NCBI GenBank assembly: GCA_033764265.1
Contig: JANRJB010000112.1
Span: forward strand, 764 to 64,763
Length of the DNA: 64,000 nt
Source: Rhodospirillaceae bacterium
Lineage (GTDB): Bacteria > Pseudomonadota > Alphaproteobacteria > Rhodospirillales > Rhodospirillaceae
Direction of reading: 5' to 3'
Below, piece after piece: positions 35,696-44,698 of this stretch; within the stretch, counting starts at the first letter, position 1, and each line of letters opens with the position of its first letter. The position numbers and the translations under genes are program-made. The notes under the pieces are model-generated. The model did no database searches. It worked only from the letters and a program-made list of their open reading frames with translations, and was not told the DNA's origin.

Positions 35696-36526
35696 ATGCG
35701 CATCCACATCCGTCACGCCACCACCTACACTTACGACCAGCCGGCCAAGGCGGTGATCCAGCTGTTGCGCCTCACCCCGCGCGCCTGCGAGGGCCAGTCG
35801 GTCCGGCGCTGGCGCATCGATCTCGACGTCGACGGTTCGCTGCGGCAGTCCGAGGACGCCTTCGGCAACGTCACGCACATGTTGTCGCTGGCTGGGCCGA
35901 TCGCCCGGCTGACGGTGGCGGCCGACGGCGAAGTGGAGACGATGGAGACCGACGGTGTCGTACGCGGGGCGGTCGAACGCTTCCCGACCGGGCTGTACTT
36001 GCGTGAGACCGCACTGACGCGGCCGTCGGCGGAGCTGGCCGCGTTCGCGCGCGACGCGACGGCCGGGCGCGGCGACCCCTTGACCGTGTTGCATGCGCTG
36101 ATGCTGGCCGTGCACCGCGCCATCGCCTTCGATACGCGCCCGACCCAAGCAACCACCACGGCCGCCGAGGCCTTCAGGATCGGGTCGGGCGTGTGTCAGG
36201 ACCTGACGCACGTCTTCATCGCCGCGGCGCGCGTGCTCGGCATTCCTGCGCGCTATGTCGGCGGCTACCTGTGGCGCGCCGACGGCGCGCTGCGCCAGGT
36301 GCAGGATGCCGGCCATGCCTGGGCCGAGGCCCATACGCCCAACCTGGGCTGGGTCGGCTTCGATCCGGCCAACGCCATCTGCTCGACCGCCGCGCACGTG
36401 CGCGTTGCGGTCGGGCTGGATTACCTGGGGGCCGCACCGGTCCGCGGCTCGCGCACCGGCGGCCCGGACGAGCGCCTGGACGTGGCGCTGTCGGTGACCC
36501 AGGCCGCCGCCGCGCGTCAGGACTGA
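35696..36526 (+). CDS. Transglutaminase-family protein (Bact_transglu_N + transglutaminase core)
   Basis: GSGVCQDLTHVFIAAARVLGIPARYVGGY (catalytic Cys), HAWAEA (His) and GFDPAN (Asp). Confidence 0.85.
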   Translation: MRIHIRHATTYTYDQPAKAVIQLLRLTPRACEGQSVRRWRIDLDVDGSLRQSEDAFGNVTHMLSLAGPIARLTVAADGEVETMETDGVVRGAVERFPTGLYLRETALTRPSAELAAFARDATAGRGDPLTVLHALMLAVHRAIAFDTRPTQATTTAAEAFRIGSGVCQDLTHVFIAAARVLGIPARYVGGYLWRADGALRQVQDAGHAWAEAHTPNLGWVGFDPANAICSTAAHVRVAVGLDYLGAAPVRGSRTGGPDERLDVALSVTQAAAARQD

Positions 36527-36611
36527 GAATGACCGCCGATGCGCCGGCGCGTGAATTGTGGGTTGCGCGCGCCTCGTCTATAAGCCTGCGGCGGACGCGC
36601 GGAGGGGCCCC

Positions 36612-37358
36612 ATGACCTATTGCGTCGGATTGTTGCTCAAGGACGGCCTGGTGATGATCGCCGACACGCGCACCAACGCGGGCGTCGACAACATCGCTGT
36701 GTTTCGCAAGCTGCACTTGTTCGAAACACCCGGCCAACGCACGTTAGCCCTGTGCAGCGCAGGCAACTTGTCGCACGCGCAGACCGTCGTCAGCCTGTTG
36801 AACGAGGGCATGGAGAATCCCGCCACCGGCAAGGCGCAAACCCTGGCGGGCGCGGCGACCATGCTGGAGGCCGCGCAACTGGTCGGCCGCGCCGTGCGGC
36901 ACGTGTACCAGATCGACGGCGAAGCGCTGGAAAAGCAGAACGGCCGATTCGACGTGTCGTTTCTTCTCGGCGGCCAGATCAAGGACCGTCGCCTTCGCCT
37001 GTTCCTGATTTATGCCGCCGGCAACTTCATCGAGGCCAGCCTGGAAACCCCGTTCCTCCAGATCGGCGAACACAAGTACGGCAAGCCGATCCTTGATCGC
37101 GCCGTCACCTACGACATGGACCTGTACGACGCCCTGAAAATCGGCTTGATCTCGGTGGACTCCACGCTGCGCTCCAACCTCGCGGTCGGGTTGCCGCTCG
37201 ACATCGCGGTTATCCGCCGCGACGCCTTGAAGGCCGAGCTGACCTATCGCGTCGAGGCCGAAGACGCGTATTTCGCCGACCTGCGCCGGCGCTGGTCCGA
37301 GGCATTGCGCGCGACCCACCAAGCGATTCCGCGCCCCCCTTACAAGCCGGCTGGCTGA
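36612..37358 (+). CDS. Anbu (ancestral beta-subunit) proteasome-type peptidase
   Basis: In-frame ATG 36612 gives MTYCVGLLLKDGLVMIADTRTNAG, with Thr2 as the Ntn nucleophile. About 248 aa. Sits in the canonical operon position after the transglutaminase. Confidence 0.85.
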   Translation: MTYCVGLLLKDGLVMIADTRTNAGVDNIAVFRKLHLFETPGQRTLALCSAGNLSHAQTVVSLLNEGMENPATGKAQTLAGAATMLEAAQLVGRAVRHVYQIDGEALEKQNGRFDVSFLLGGQIKDRRLRLFLIYAAGNFIEASLETPFLQIGEHKYGKPILDRAVTYDMDLYDALKIGLISVDSTLRSNLAVGLPLDIAVIRRDALKAELTYRVEAEDAYFADLRRRWSEALRATHQAIPRPPYKPAG

Positions 37359-37374
37359 GGCCGGCGGCGACGCG

Positions 37375-38610
37375 GTGACCGACGCGCCCACCTTGCCGCC
37401 GGACCAACCCGCGCGTGCGCTCACGCCGCCGGTGGCCGCGACCTTGTTCGCGGCCATCGCCCTGATGGTTGTGGGCCAGTCGTTCCTGTTCACCATTCTG
37501 CCGCCGATCGGTCGGCAGATCGGGCTGGCCGAATACCAGATCGGTCTGGTGATGTCGGTGCACGGCCTGTTCATGCTGTTCACCGGGCCCACCGCCGGTG
37601 CGCTGTCGGAAACCTGGGGCCGTCGGCGCGTGTTGGTGATCGGCTCGGCGCTGTATGCGGTCTCGATCCTGATGTTCGGCCTGGTGATCGAAGCGGCGTT
37701 GCAGGGCCTGTTCGCGGCCGTCACGGTGATGGTGCTGCTGGTCGCCAGCCGCGCCGTGTTCGCCATGGGCGCGGGCGCGGTGATGCCGGGGGCGATGGCG
37801 CTGGCCGCCGACCTGTCCGCGCGCGAGAATCGGCTGAAGGCGATGTCGTTGTTGGCCGCGGCCACCAGCTTCGGGTCGATCATCGGGCCGGCGACGGCGG
37901 CGGTGTTCACCGGCATCGGGCTAGCCGCGCCGTTCTACGTGATCGCCGCGGTGGCGCTGGCGGGCGCGGTGCTCTCGCGCCTGGTGCTGCCGGAAACCCG
38001 CATCGGCCGCCCGACCGTGGCACGGCCCAAGTGGCGGCGACTGTTAGCCGGCGGACCGGGGCTGATCGCGATCGGCTCGCTGCTTTACATGTGCGGCTGC
38101 TTCGGGATTTTCTCCATCATCGGGTTCCATGTGCAGGACAAATTCCAGCTCGCCTCGGCGCCGGCGGCGCAGTGGATGGGGCTGGGCCTGATGATGGCCG
38201 CCCTCAGCAACGTCGCCGCGCAAGGCTTCATCATCCGGCAGATCAAGACCTCGCCGATGCGGCTTCTGATCGTCGGCGTGCCGATCACCATCCTGGCCAT
38301 GGCCGTGGTCGCGCAAAGCTCGACGCTGCCGATGTTTGTGCTGGGCATGGCGCTCAACGGCCTGGGCCAGGGGTTCGCCAACCCGGCGTTTGCCACCGCC
38401 CTTAGCCTGTCGGTGGGCGCGGGCGAGCAGGGGCGCATCGCCGGCGTCTCGGCATCGATGCAGGCCCTCGCCTTTCTGTTCGCGCCGGTCTCCTCGGCAG
38501 CCTTGTATCAAACCCATTCCCAGGCGGTATTCGTGGTGGGGTCGCTGTTGGTGTTCGCGGCATTGGGGCCGTTCGTGCTGTCGCGGCGCAAGTCGCCGCC
38601 CGCCAACTGA
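37375..38610 (+). CDS. MFS transporter (drug/H+ antiporter-like, 12 TM)
   Basis: GTG start. GALSETWGRRRVL is the MFS motif A between TM2 and TM3. Confidence 0.8.
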   Translation: MTDAPTLPPDQPARALTPPVAATLFAAIALMVVGQSFLFTILPPIGRQIGLAEYQIGLVMSVHGLFMLFTGPTAGALSETWGRRRVLVIGSALYAVSILMFGLVIEAALQGLFAAVTVMVLLVASRAVFAMGAGAVMPGAMALAADLSARENRLKAMSLLAAATSFGSIIGPATAAVFTGIGLAAPFYVIAAVALAGAVLSRLVLPETRIGRPTVARPKWRRLLAGGPGLIAIGSLLYMCGCFGIFSIIGFHVQDKFQLASAPAAQWMGLGLMMAALSNVAAQGFIIRQIKTSPMRLLIVGVPITILAMAVVAQSSTLPMFVLGMALNGLGQGFANPAFATALSLSVGAGEQGRIAGVSASMQALAFLFAPVSSAALYQTHSQAVFVVGSLLVFAALGPFVLSRRKSPPAN

Positions 38611-40239
38611 TCAATCCACCAGCGTCTTGCGGTGCGTTTCGGGCAGCGCCAGTGCGCCGATGATGAATGTCGCGGCCGCGATGATCACCGGATACCACAG
38701 GCCGTAGTAGATATCCCCGCTCATCGCCACCAGCGCGAAGCTGACTGACGGCAGGAAGCCCCCGAACCAGCCGTTGCCGATGTGGTAGGGCAGCGACATC
38801 GAGGTGTAGCGGATGCGCGCCGGGAACATTTCCACCAGCAGGGCCGCGATCGGCCCATAGACCATGGTGACGTAAATTACCAGCAAGGTCAGCAACGCCA
38901 GCACGAGCGGGATGTTGATGGCGTCGGGGTCGGCGGCGGCCGGATAACCCGCCGCGGCGATGGCCGCGTTCAGCGACGCGGCGTCGAAGCCCGCCAGCTC
39001 GGTGGCGCCGATGCGGATCACGGTGGCGCTGCCCGTGGGCGCGGCCTGGTTGCGGTACGACACCGAGGCGCGGCTGAGCGCGGCGCGCGCCTTGTCGCAA
39101 TCGGTGGTGAAGGCCGCGGTGCCCACCGGATTGAATTGGAACGAGCAGGTGGCGGGGTCGGCCACGATCACCGCCTCGGATGCCGCCTGCGCGCGCGCCA
39201 GCGCGGGGTTGGCCGCGGCGGTCAGCGCGTTGAAAATCGGGAAATAGGTCAGGCAGGCCAGCGCCAGGCCGCCCAGCACGATCGGCTTGCGACCGATGCG
39301 GTCCGAAACCGCGCCGAACACCAGGAAGAACGGCGTGCCCAGGATCAACGATCCCGCGATCAGCAGGTTGGCCAGCGTCGCGTCGACCTTCAAAGTCTGG
39401 GTCAGGAAAAACAGCGCGTAGAACTGGCCCGTGTACCAGACCACCGCCTGGCCGGCGACCGCGCCGAACAGCGCGATCAGCACAAGTTTGAGATTTCCCC
39501 AACGCGCGAACGAGTCCGACAGCGGCGACCGGCTCTGCTTACCTTCGGCCTTGAGGCGCTGGAACACCGGGGATTCCTCCAGCTTCAGGCGGATCCACAC
39601 CGACACGCCGAGCAGGACCGCGGACAGCAGGAATGGGATGCGCCAGCCCCAGTCGTTGAACGCTTCACCGGTGATCCAGCGCGCGGCCAGAATCACCACC
39701 AGCGACAGGAACAGTCCGACGGTTGCGGTGGTCTGAATCCAGGCCGTGTGCCGGCCACGCCGCCCGGGTGGCGCGTGCTCGGCCACGTAGATCGCCGCCC
39801 CGCCGTATTCGCCGCCCAGGGCCAGTCCCTGCAAGAGGCGCAGCGCGATCAGGATGATCGGCGCGGCCACGCCGATGGCGGCGTAGTTCGGCAACAGGCC
39901 GACCGCGAAGGTCGCCCCGCCCATGATGACGATGGTGACCAGGAAGGTGTATTTGCGCCCGACCATGTCGCCGATGCGCCCGAACACCAGCGCGCCGAAC
40001 GGCCGCACGGCGAAACCGGCGGCGAACGCGAGCAGCGCGAACACGAACGCCGCGGTTTCGTTGACACCGGCGAAGAACTGGGTGGAGATCACCGCCGCCA
40101 GCGAGCCGTATAGGTAGAAGTCGTACCACTCGAACACGGTGCCGAGCGAGGAAGCGACGATCACGCGCCGTTCCTCGCGGGTCATGCGCGCGGACCCGAC
40201 AGGCCCGACGGGCGCGGCGCGCGAAACGGTTTCAGTCAT
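38611..40239 (-). CDS. MFS metabolite:H+ symporter (MHS, ProP/KgtP-like) with a ~100-aa insertion in the TM9-TM10 loop
   Basis: FEWYDFYLYG and GRIGDMVGRKYTF are MHS signatures. 542 aa against the usual ~430-450 aa. Confidence 0.85.
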   Translation of the reverse strand: MTETVSRAAPVGPVGSARMTREERRVIVASSLGTVFEWYDFYLYGSLAAVISTQFFAGVNETAAFVFALLAFAAGFAVRPFGALVFGRIGDMVGRKYTFLVTIVIMGGATFAVGLLPNYAAIGVAAPIILIALRLLQGLALGGEYGGAAIYVAEHAPPGRRGRHTAWIQTTATVGLFLSLVVILAARWITGEAFNDWGWRIPFLLSAVLLGVSVWIRLKLEESPVFQRLKAEGKQSRSPLSDSFARWGNLKLVLIALFGAVAGQAVVWYTGQFYALFFLTQTLKVDATLANLLIAGSLILGTPFFLVFGAVSDRIGRKPIVLGGLALACLTYFPIFNALTAAANPALARAQAASEAVIVADPATCSFQFNPVGTAAFTTDCDKARAALSRASVSYRNQAAPTGSATVIRIGATELAGFDAASLNAAIAAAGYPAAADPDAINIPLVLALLTLLVIYVTMVYGPIAALLVEMFPARIRYTSMSLPYHIGNGWFGGFLPSVSFALVAMSGDIYYGLWYPVIIAAATFIIGALALPETHRKTLVD

Positions 40240-40340
40240 GCGGATGGCCCCCCACTTGCGCCTCCCAGGCGCAATGGCCGGGCAGCTTACGGAAATTCTG
40301 GAGCGTTGGCCAAGGCCGCGCGGTAGGTCTTATCTCCTCC

Positions 40341-41153
40341 CTAAGCCAACTCGTCCAGCACCTCCGACAGTTCGTTCGGATGCGTCACCATGGCGTCGCG
40401 GGCCCAGGGCATCGCGCGGTAGTCCCAGCCGGGGTCGTCCCTGGCCGGACCGACCATCGCCGGAGACGTGGGGCTGTAAACCTGGGCGACACAGTGCAGG
40501 AAGGTGCGCGGCACGCCCTCCCATCCGCCGTTACGCAGTTCCAGCATGTCCGACCAGCCGCGCGCCGGGTGCGGCGTCAGTCGGCGTTTCAACCAGGCGA
40601 TGTTGGCGGCGTCGTCGGCGGGCACCAGCATCTCCATCGGGTACTCGGCGAAAAAATCCATCTGGTAACCGTCGATGAACTTGGCTTCGCGCTTCTTCCA
40701 GTACTCGGGCAGGGCGCCGTCGGGTCCGCGCGACACGCCGCTCATGCGGTCGGTGCGCGGCACCAGGGCGTCCAGAAACACCAGGCGGCGGATGCGGTCC
40801 TTCATCCGGTCGGCGACGCCGGTGATGGTCAGGCCCGCGAACGAATGGCCGACCAGGATGACGTTCGACAGTTCCTCGTATTCGATCAAGTTGGTGATGT
40901 CGGTCACGTGGGTCTCCAGGCCGACGTCTGGGCTCATCAGGTGCTTGCGGTCGCCGCAGCCGGTGCACGATGGTGCAAACACCTCATGCCCGCGCGCTGT
41001 CAGGTTCCGGCGAACGTGCTTCCATACCCAGCCGCCGTGCCAGGTGCCGTGGACCAGCACATAGGTCTTGGAGTCCGCGGCAATGGCCGGCGCGATGCCG
41101 ATCGTAGGAACGGCGGCGGCCGCGGCTGCAGTCAGGACAGTTCTGCGTTCCAT
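40341..41153 (-). CDS. Secreted alpha/beta hydrolase (esterase, SABP2/MES-like AB_hydrolase_6)
   Basis: Tat/Sec-like leader MERRTVLTAAAAAAVPTIGIAPAIAA. VLVHGTWHGGWVW oxyanion region; canonical elbow GHSFAG. Confidence 0.8.
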   Translation of the reverse strand: MERRTVLTAAAAAAVPTIGIAPAIAADSKTYVLVHGTWHGGWVWKHVRRNLTARGHEVFAPSCTGCGDRKHLMSPDVGLETHVTDITNLIEYEELSNVILVGHSFAGLTITGVADRMKDRIRRLVFLDALVPRTDRMSGVSRGPDGALPEYWKKREAKFIDGYQMDFFAEYPMEMLVPADDAANIAWLKRRLTPHPARGWSDMLELRNGGWEGVPRTFLHCVAQVYSPTSPAMVGPARDDPGWDYRAMPWARDAMVTHPNELSEVLDELA

Positions 41154-41301
41154 CTTCGCTCCTTAACTCGGGTTGGCGGCGGCCCGGGGCCTGGGCACGA
41201 TCCACGTTAGCGGCGCATCAAGCGGATTTGAACCGCGCCGAATCGATCCCATTTAGGGCAAATACTTCGCCACAAATCCTTTGCCGAATGGGGGCTATTC
41301 G

Positions 41302-42498
41302 ATGTTCACCGCAGCGATGATTGGCCTTGTCCTCGCGTTGTCCAGCGCGGCCCAAGCCGCCCAGCCCGTCATCTCCGACCGTAACGTGCCGATCGAGGCC
41401 GGGTCGCAGCGCGAGGTGCTGATCGAGGGCCTGGAGCGGCCCTGGGGCATGGCCTGGCTGCCCGATGGGACGCTGCTGATCACCGAACGCACCGGCCGCC
41501 TGCGCGTGGTGCGCGACGGCAAGCTCGATCCTGCGCCGGTGGCCGGCGTGCCCGAGGTGTTCGCGGGCGGGCAGGGCGGCCTGATGGATGTGTCGGTGCA
41601 TCCGCGGTTCGCCGAGACCAAGTTCATCTATCTCACCACTAGCGTCGGCACGATGGAGGCCAATCGCACCCGTGTCGTGCGCGCCACCTGGGCCGACGGC
41701 CGGCTCGAGAACGTCACCACCTTGTTCGAAAACGCCAGCGCCAAGCCGTCGGGCCAGCACTTCGGCGCGCGCATCGCGTGGCTGCCGGATGGGACGATGC
41801 TGGTGCCGATCGGCGACGGCGGCAATCCGCCGGTGTCGCTGAACGGCGAATTCATCCGACTCAACGCCCAGAAAACCGATATGCACTTCGGCAAGGTGGT
41901 GCGCCTTCGGGACGACGGCCAGGTGCCGGCGGACAATCCGTTCAGGAGTCAGGCGGGCGCGCGGCCCGAGCTGTGGACCATCGGCCACCGCAACATTCAG
42001 GGCCTGGCTTATGACCCGTTGCGCAACGCCGTGTGGGCGACCGAGCATGGCGCGCTGGGTGGCGACGAGTTCAACCGGCTGACGGCCGGCGGCAATTTCG
42101 GCTGGCCGGCGGCCTGCCGTACCCGCGAGTACGCCTCGGGCCGCGATGTCTGCGGCTCGCCGGCCAAGCCCGGGACCACCGAACCGGTTCTGCTGTGGCA
42201 GGTGTCGACCGCGCCTTCGGGCTTGATGGTCTACACCGGCGATGCGTTCCCGCAATGGCGGGGCGACGTGTTCGCGGGCGGGCTGGCCTCCAACGACATC
42301 CGGCGCATCGACCTCGACGACGCCGGCGCGGTGATCGGCGAGACCGCGATCCGCATGGGTGCGCGGGTGCGCGACGTGCGCCAGGGCCCCGACGGCCTGG
42401 TGTACGTGCTGACCGACGAGCCGGCGGGCCGCCTCTTTCGGCTGTCGCCGGCCGCGGCCGGGGCGACGCCGGCGCCAATCGCCCCGCCGCCACGTTAG
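41302..42498 (+). CDS. PQQ-dependent soluble sugar (aldose/sorbosone) dehydrogenase, YliI-like
   Basis: Start MFTAAMIGLVLALSSAAQA (signal). GQGGLMDVSVHPRF, HFGARIAWLPDG and GHRNIQGLAYDP are beta-propeller motifs. Confidence 0.8.
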   Translation: MFTAAMIGLVLALSSAAQAAQPVISDRNVPIEAGSQREVLIEGLERPWGMAWLPDGTLLITERTGRLRVVRDGKLDPAPVAGVPEVFAGGQGGLMDVSVHPRFAETKFIYLTTSVGTMEANRTRVVRATWADGRLENVTTLFENASAKPSGQHFGARIAWLPDGTMLVPIGDGGNPPVSLNGEFIRLNAQKTDMHFGKVVRLRDDGQVPADNPFRSQAGARPELWTIGHRNIQGLAYDPLRNAVWATEHGALGGDEFNRLTAGGNFGWPAACRTREYASGRDVCGSPAKPGTTEPVLLWQVSTAPSGLMVYTGDAFPQWRGDVFAGGLASNDIRRIDLDDAGAVIGETAIRMGARVRDVRQGPDGLVYVLTDEPAGRLFRLSPAAAGATPAPIAPPPR

Positions 42499-42499
42499 T

Positions 42500-43855
42500 T
42501 TAGGGCGCCGTCAGCTTTTCGCGCGGCAGCACGATCACCCGTTCCGGCAGGTGGCGGTGATCGTCGGCGAGGCCGATGCCGCTGACCTCGTCCAAGCCCA
42601 CCTCGACCGCCAGGGCCGCGTGGCTGCGACTGCGTAGGCCCATGACGTAAGCCCGCCGCGTGCCGGCGGCGCGGCGGAAGTCGGCGAGCGCCGCTTTCAG
42701 TTCGGCCTCGGCGGCGAACCGGCCGGGTGGAATCTCGGCGCCGATCAGAATGTGGTCCGGCAGGAACGCGGCGCGCTGCGGCTGTGCCAGATCGGTCAGC
42801 AGCGCGACCTCGCGCACGCGCCCGCGGAACATCTCCCGTGCGGCGATCAGCGCGTCCACGTCGGCGTCGGCCGGCAGGCCAACGATCTCGATGCGCAGGT
42901 GCAACAGCCGTTCTTTCTGCGGCAGCGCCGAGACCGCACGCAGGAACGCCGCGCCCAACTTGCGGTGCAGCAGTGCGAACGGCAGCGGCATGACGAATTT
43001 GGCGCGCAGGGCCGACGCGGCCAGCCGGGTGAAATCGGCGAAGGCCGACTTGGCGATATCGACCATGGTCGCGACGTTGACCGCGGTTTGCGAGTCCGTC
43101 GGCCCGAATACTGCCTCACCGGTGGCGTCGAAGGCACGCAGGCTGAAGGTGTCGAACGATTCGGTATCGGCCGACCATGACGGCCGATAGACCAGCGTCA
43201 GCTCGTTGAACCGCGATCGGCTGGCCGCCACGCTGTCGAGCGCCGAGACCGGCGACTTGGCGGCGGCTGGCGCCGCGTCGCCGATCAACTTCACGGGCCG
43301 TCGCGCGTCGCGCGCGGCCAGCAGCAGGCGGGAGCGTTTCACCGCCGCTTTCATCGCCTCGCGGTTCAGTGAACCGTCGGCATTCAGCGCACCGCCCAGG
43401 TCGATCTTGGCCGACTGCGGCAACGGTGGCTCGGCTTCGCTGAAGCGCTCGCCCACCAGCTTCTCGCCGATCAGTGCCGCGATCTCGTCGGCGCGCCGCG
43501 CCGCGTCGGCTTCGGACAAGGCGGGCATCAACAGCAGCCACGAGTCCTCGTCCTGCGGAATGAAGGTGTTCCCCTTGCCGATCATCCGGCCGATGGTGCT
43601 TTCGGCGATCAGCAGCACTCGATCGCGATACCGCGTCCAGTCGTCCCCCAGCTGGTGGCGCAGGTGGGCGATGGTCATCACCTGCACCCGGCCGCTGGCG
43701 CGCGTTTCGGAGTCTTTCACGAGCTGCGACAACGTCAGCTCGATGCCGTCGTCCCAGGTCGCCGGGGCGACGCGGTCCGGGTCCTCGACCAGCGGTTCAG
43801 CAGTGGCTGCGTCCGCGCCGAGCAAGCGGCGAAGCCAGTTCCTTACACCTGACAT
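42500..43855 (-). CDS. Hypothetical protein; C-terminal half resembles a degenerate (non-catalytic) EAL-type TIM barrel
   Basis: ORF 42500..43855, 451 aa. LVYRPSW..., LHLRIEIVG, REVALLTDL and YVMGLRS...VEVGLDEVSG are spaced like the EAL blocks (YQP / EITE / DDFG / AEGVE..QG), but the catalytic residues are replaced. Confidence 0.55.
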   Translation of the reverse strand: MSGVRNWLRRLLGADAATAEPLVEDPDRVAPATWDDGIELTLSQLVKDSETRASGRVQVMTIAHLRHQLGDDWTRYRDRVLLIAESTIGRMIGKGNTFIPQDEDSWLLLMPALSEADAARRADEIAALIGEKLVGERFSEAEPPLPQSAKIDLGGALNADGSLNREAMKAAVKRSRLLLAARDARRPVKLIGDAAPAAAKSPVSALDSVAASRSRFNELTLVYRPSWSADTESFDTFSLRAFDATGEAVFGPTDSQTAVNVATMVDIAKSAFADFTRLAASALRAKFVMPLPFALLHRKLGAAFLRAVSALPQKERLLHLRIEIVGLPADADVDALIAAREMFRGRVREVALLTDLAQPQRAAFLPDHILIGAEIPPGRFAAEAELKAALADFRRAAGTRRAYVMGLRSRSHAALAVEVGLDEVSGIGLADDHRHLPERVIVLPREKLTAP

Positions 43856-43897
43856 GCCGGACCCGAAGGCGAGGTGCGGCCTGACGCGGGCGGCCGC

Positions 43898-44596
43898 TCA
43901 GGCGCTGCGGCCAAAGGGAATGCGTTCGATGATGGACATCGGATCGTCGCGCTCGGTCTGGCCGAACAGTGCGATGTCGCGCACGATGATCGGACGGCCG
44001 ACCACCGATTTGGCCATCTCGGTGACCACCTGCATGACTGCGCGGCGTTCGGCGATGTCGTCGATGCGTTCCGTCAGCGAGATGTGGAAGCGGAATTCCT
44101 CCATCACGTACGGATAGCCCCAGTGCTCCAGCATCGAATCCTGGTGCACGGTCAGCTTGTTGTTGCGGTAGTGGGCGGCCTGTTCCTCGGTCAGGGCCAT
44201 GCGATAGCCCTCGAACGCTCGTACGCATTTGGCCGACAGCCGTTCCAGCGCGGCGGAGGACGTTGATGGCGTCAGCGCGACGAACTTGCCGATCACCGCC
44301 AGCTCCAACGCCGGAATTTCAACCGGGGCCAGGCTGCGAGCGAAAATACGCGCCGCGGCGATCAGGCTTTTCAGTGTGGCCGACGGATGCAATTCGAACG
44401 GCGGCTTGAGCGTACCGTGAAAGCCGTAGCGGCGCGGTCCTTCGGTCAGTTCCTGAAGTCGATCGGGCGAAATGCCGGGCACGTCGGGCAGCGGTCCGGC
44501 CGCGGCCGAGCCATTGCGGCCCAACCAGTGCGTGCCGAACTCGGCGAGCGGGCTGCCGGGTTCAGGCGAATAATAAATTGCGTAGCGGGCTGCCAC
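43898..44596 (-). CDS. 2H phosphoesterase superfamily protein (DUF1045, 'phosphonate metabolism'-type)
   Basis: Two HxT/S motifs (GFHGTLKPPF, FRFHISLTE). Start chosen at GTG (CAC 44594-44596) giving VAARYAIYYSP, the usual N-terminus of the family. Track ORF extends to 44692. Confidence 0.7.
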   Translation of the reverse strand: MAARYAIYYSPEPGSPLAEFGTHWLGRNGSAAAGPLPDVPGISPDRLQELTEGPRRYGFHGTLKPPFELHPSATLKSLIAAARIFARSLAPVEIPALELAVIGKFVALTPSTSSAALERLSAKCVRAFEGYRMALTEEQAAHYRNNKLTVHQDSMLEHWGYPYVMEEFRFHISLTERIDDIAERRAVMQVVTEMAKSVVGRPIIVRDIALFGQTERDDPMSIIERIPFGRSA

Positions 44597-44698
44597 CCCA
44601 ACCCCTCCCGATGAGAGCCCCAACCCTTCAACCCGGGGCGCGCCGACAGCGTTTGGTCCAGCGCACCGGTGCCGGGCTCCGATGTCGCACAAAAATCC

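Noticed and set aside
44596-44650. C-rich tract ccaccccaacccctccc...ccccaaccc resembling half of the REP-like element found in pepN
   Set aside because: There is no complementary G-rich arm nearby, so no palindrome or hairpin. It is probably just leader or low-complexity sequence upstream of the DUF1045 GTG start.
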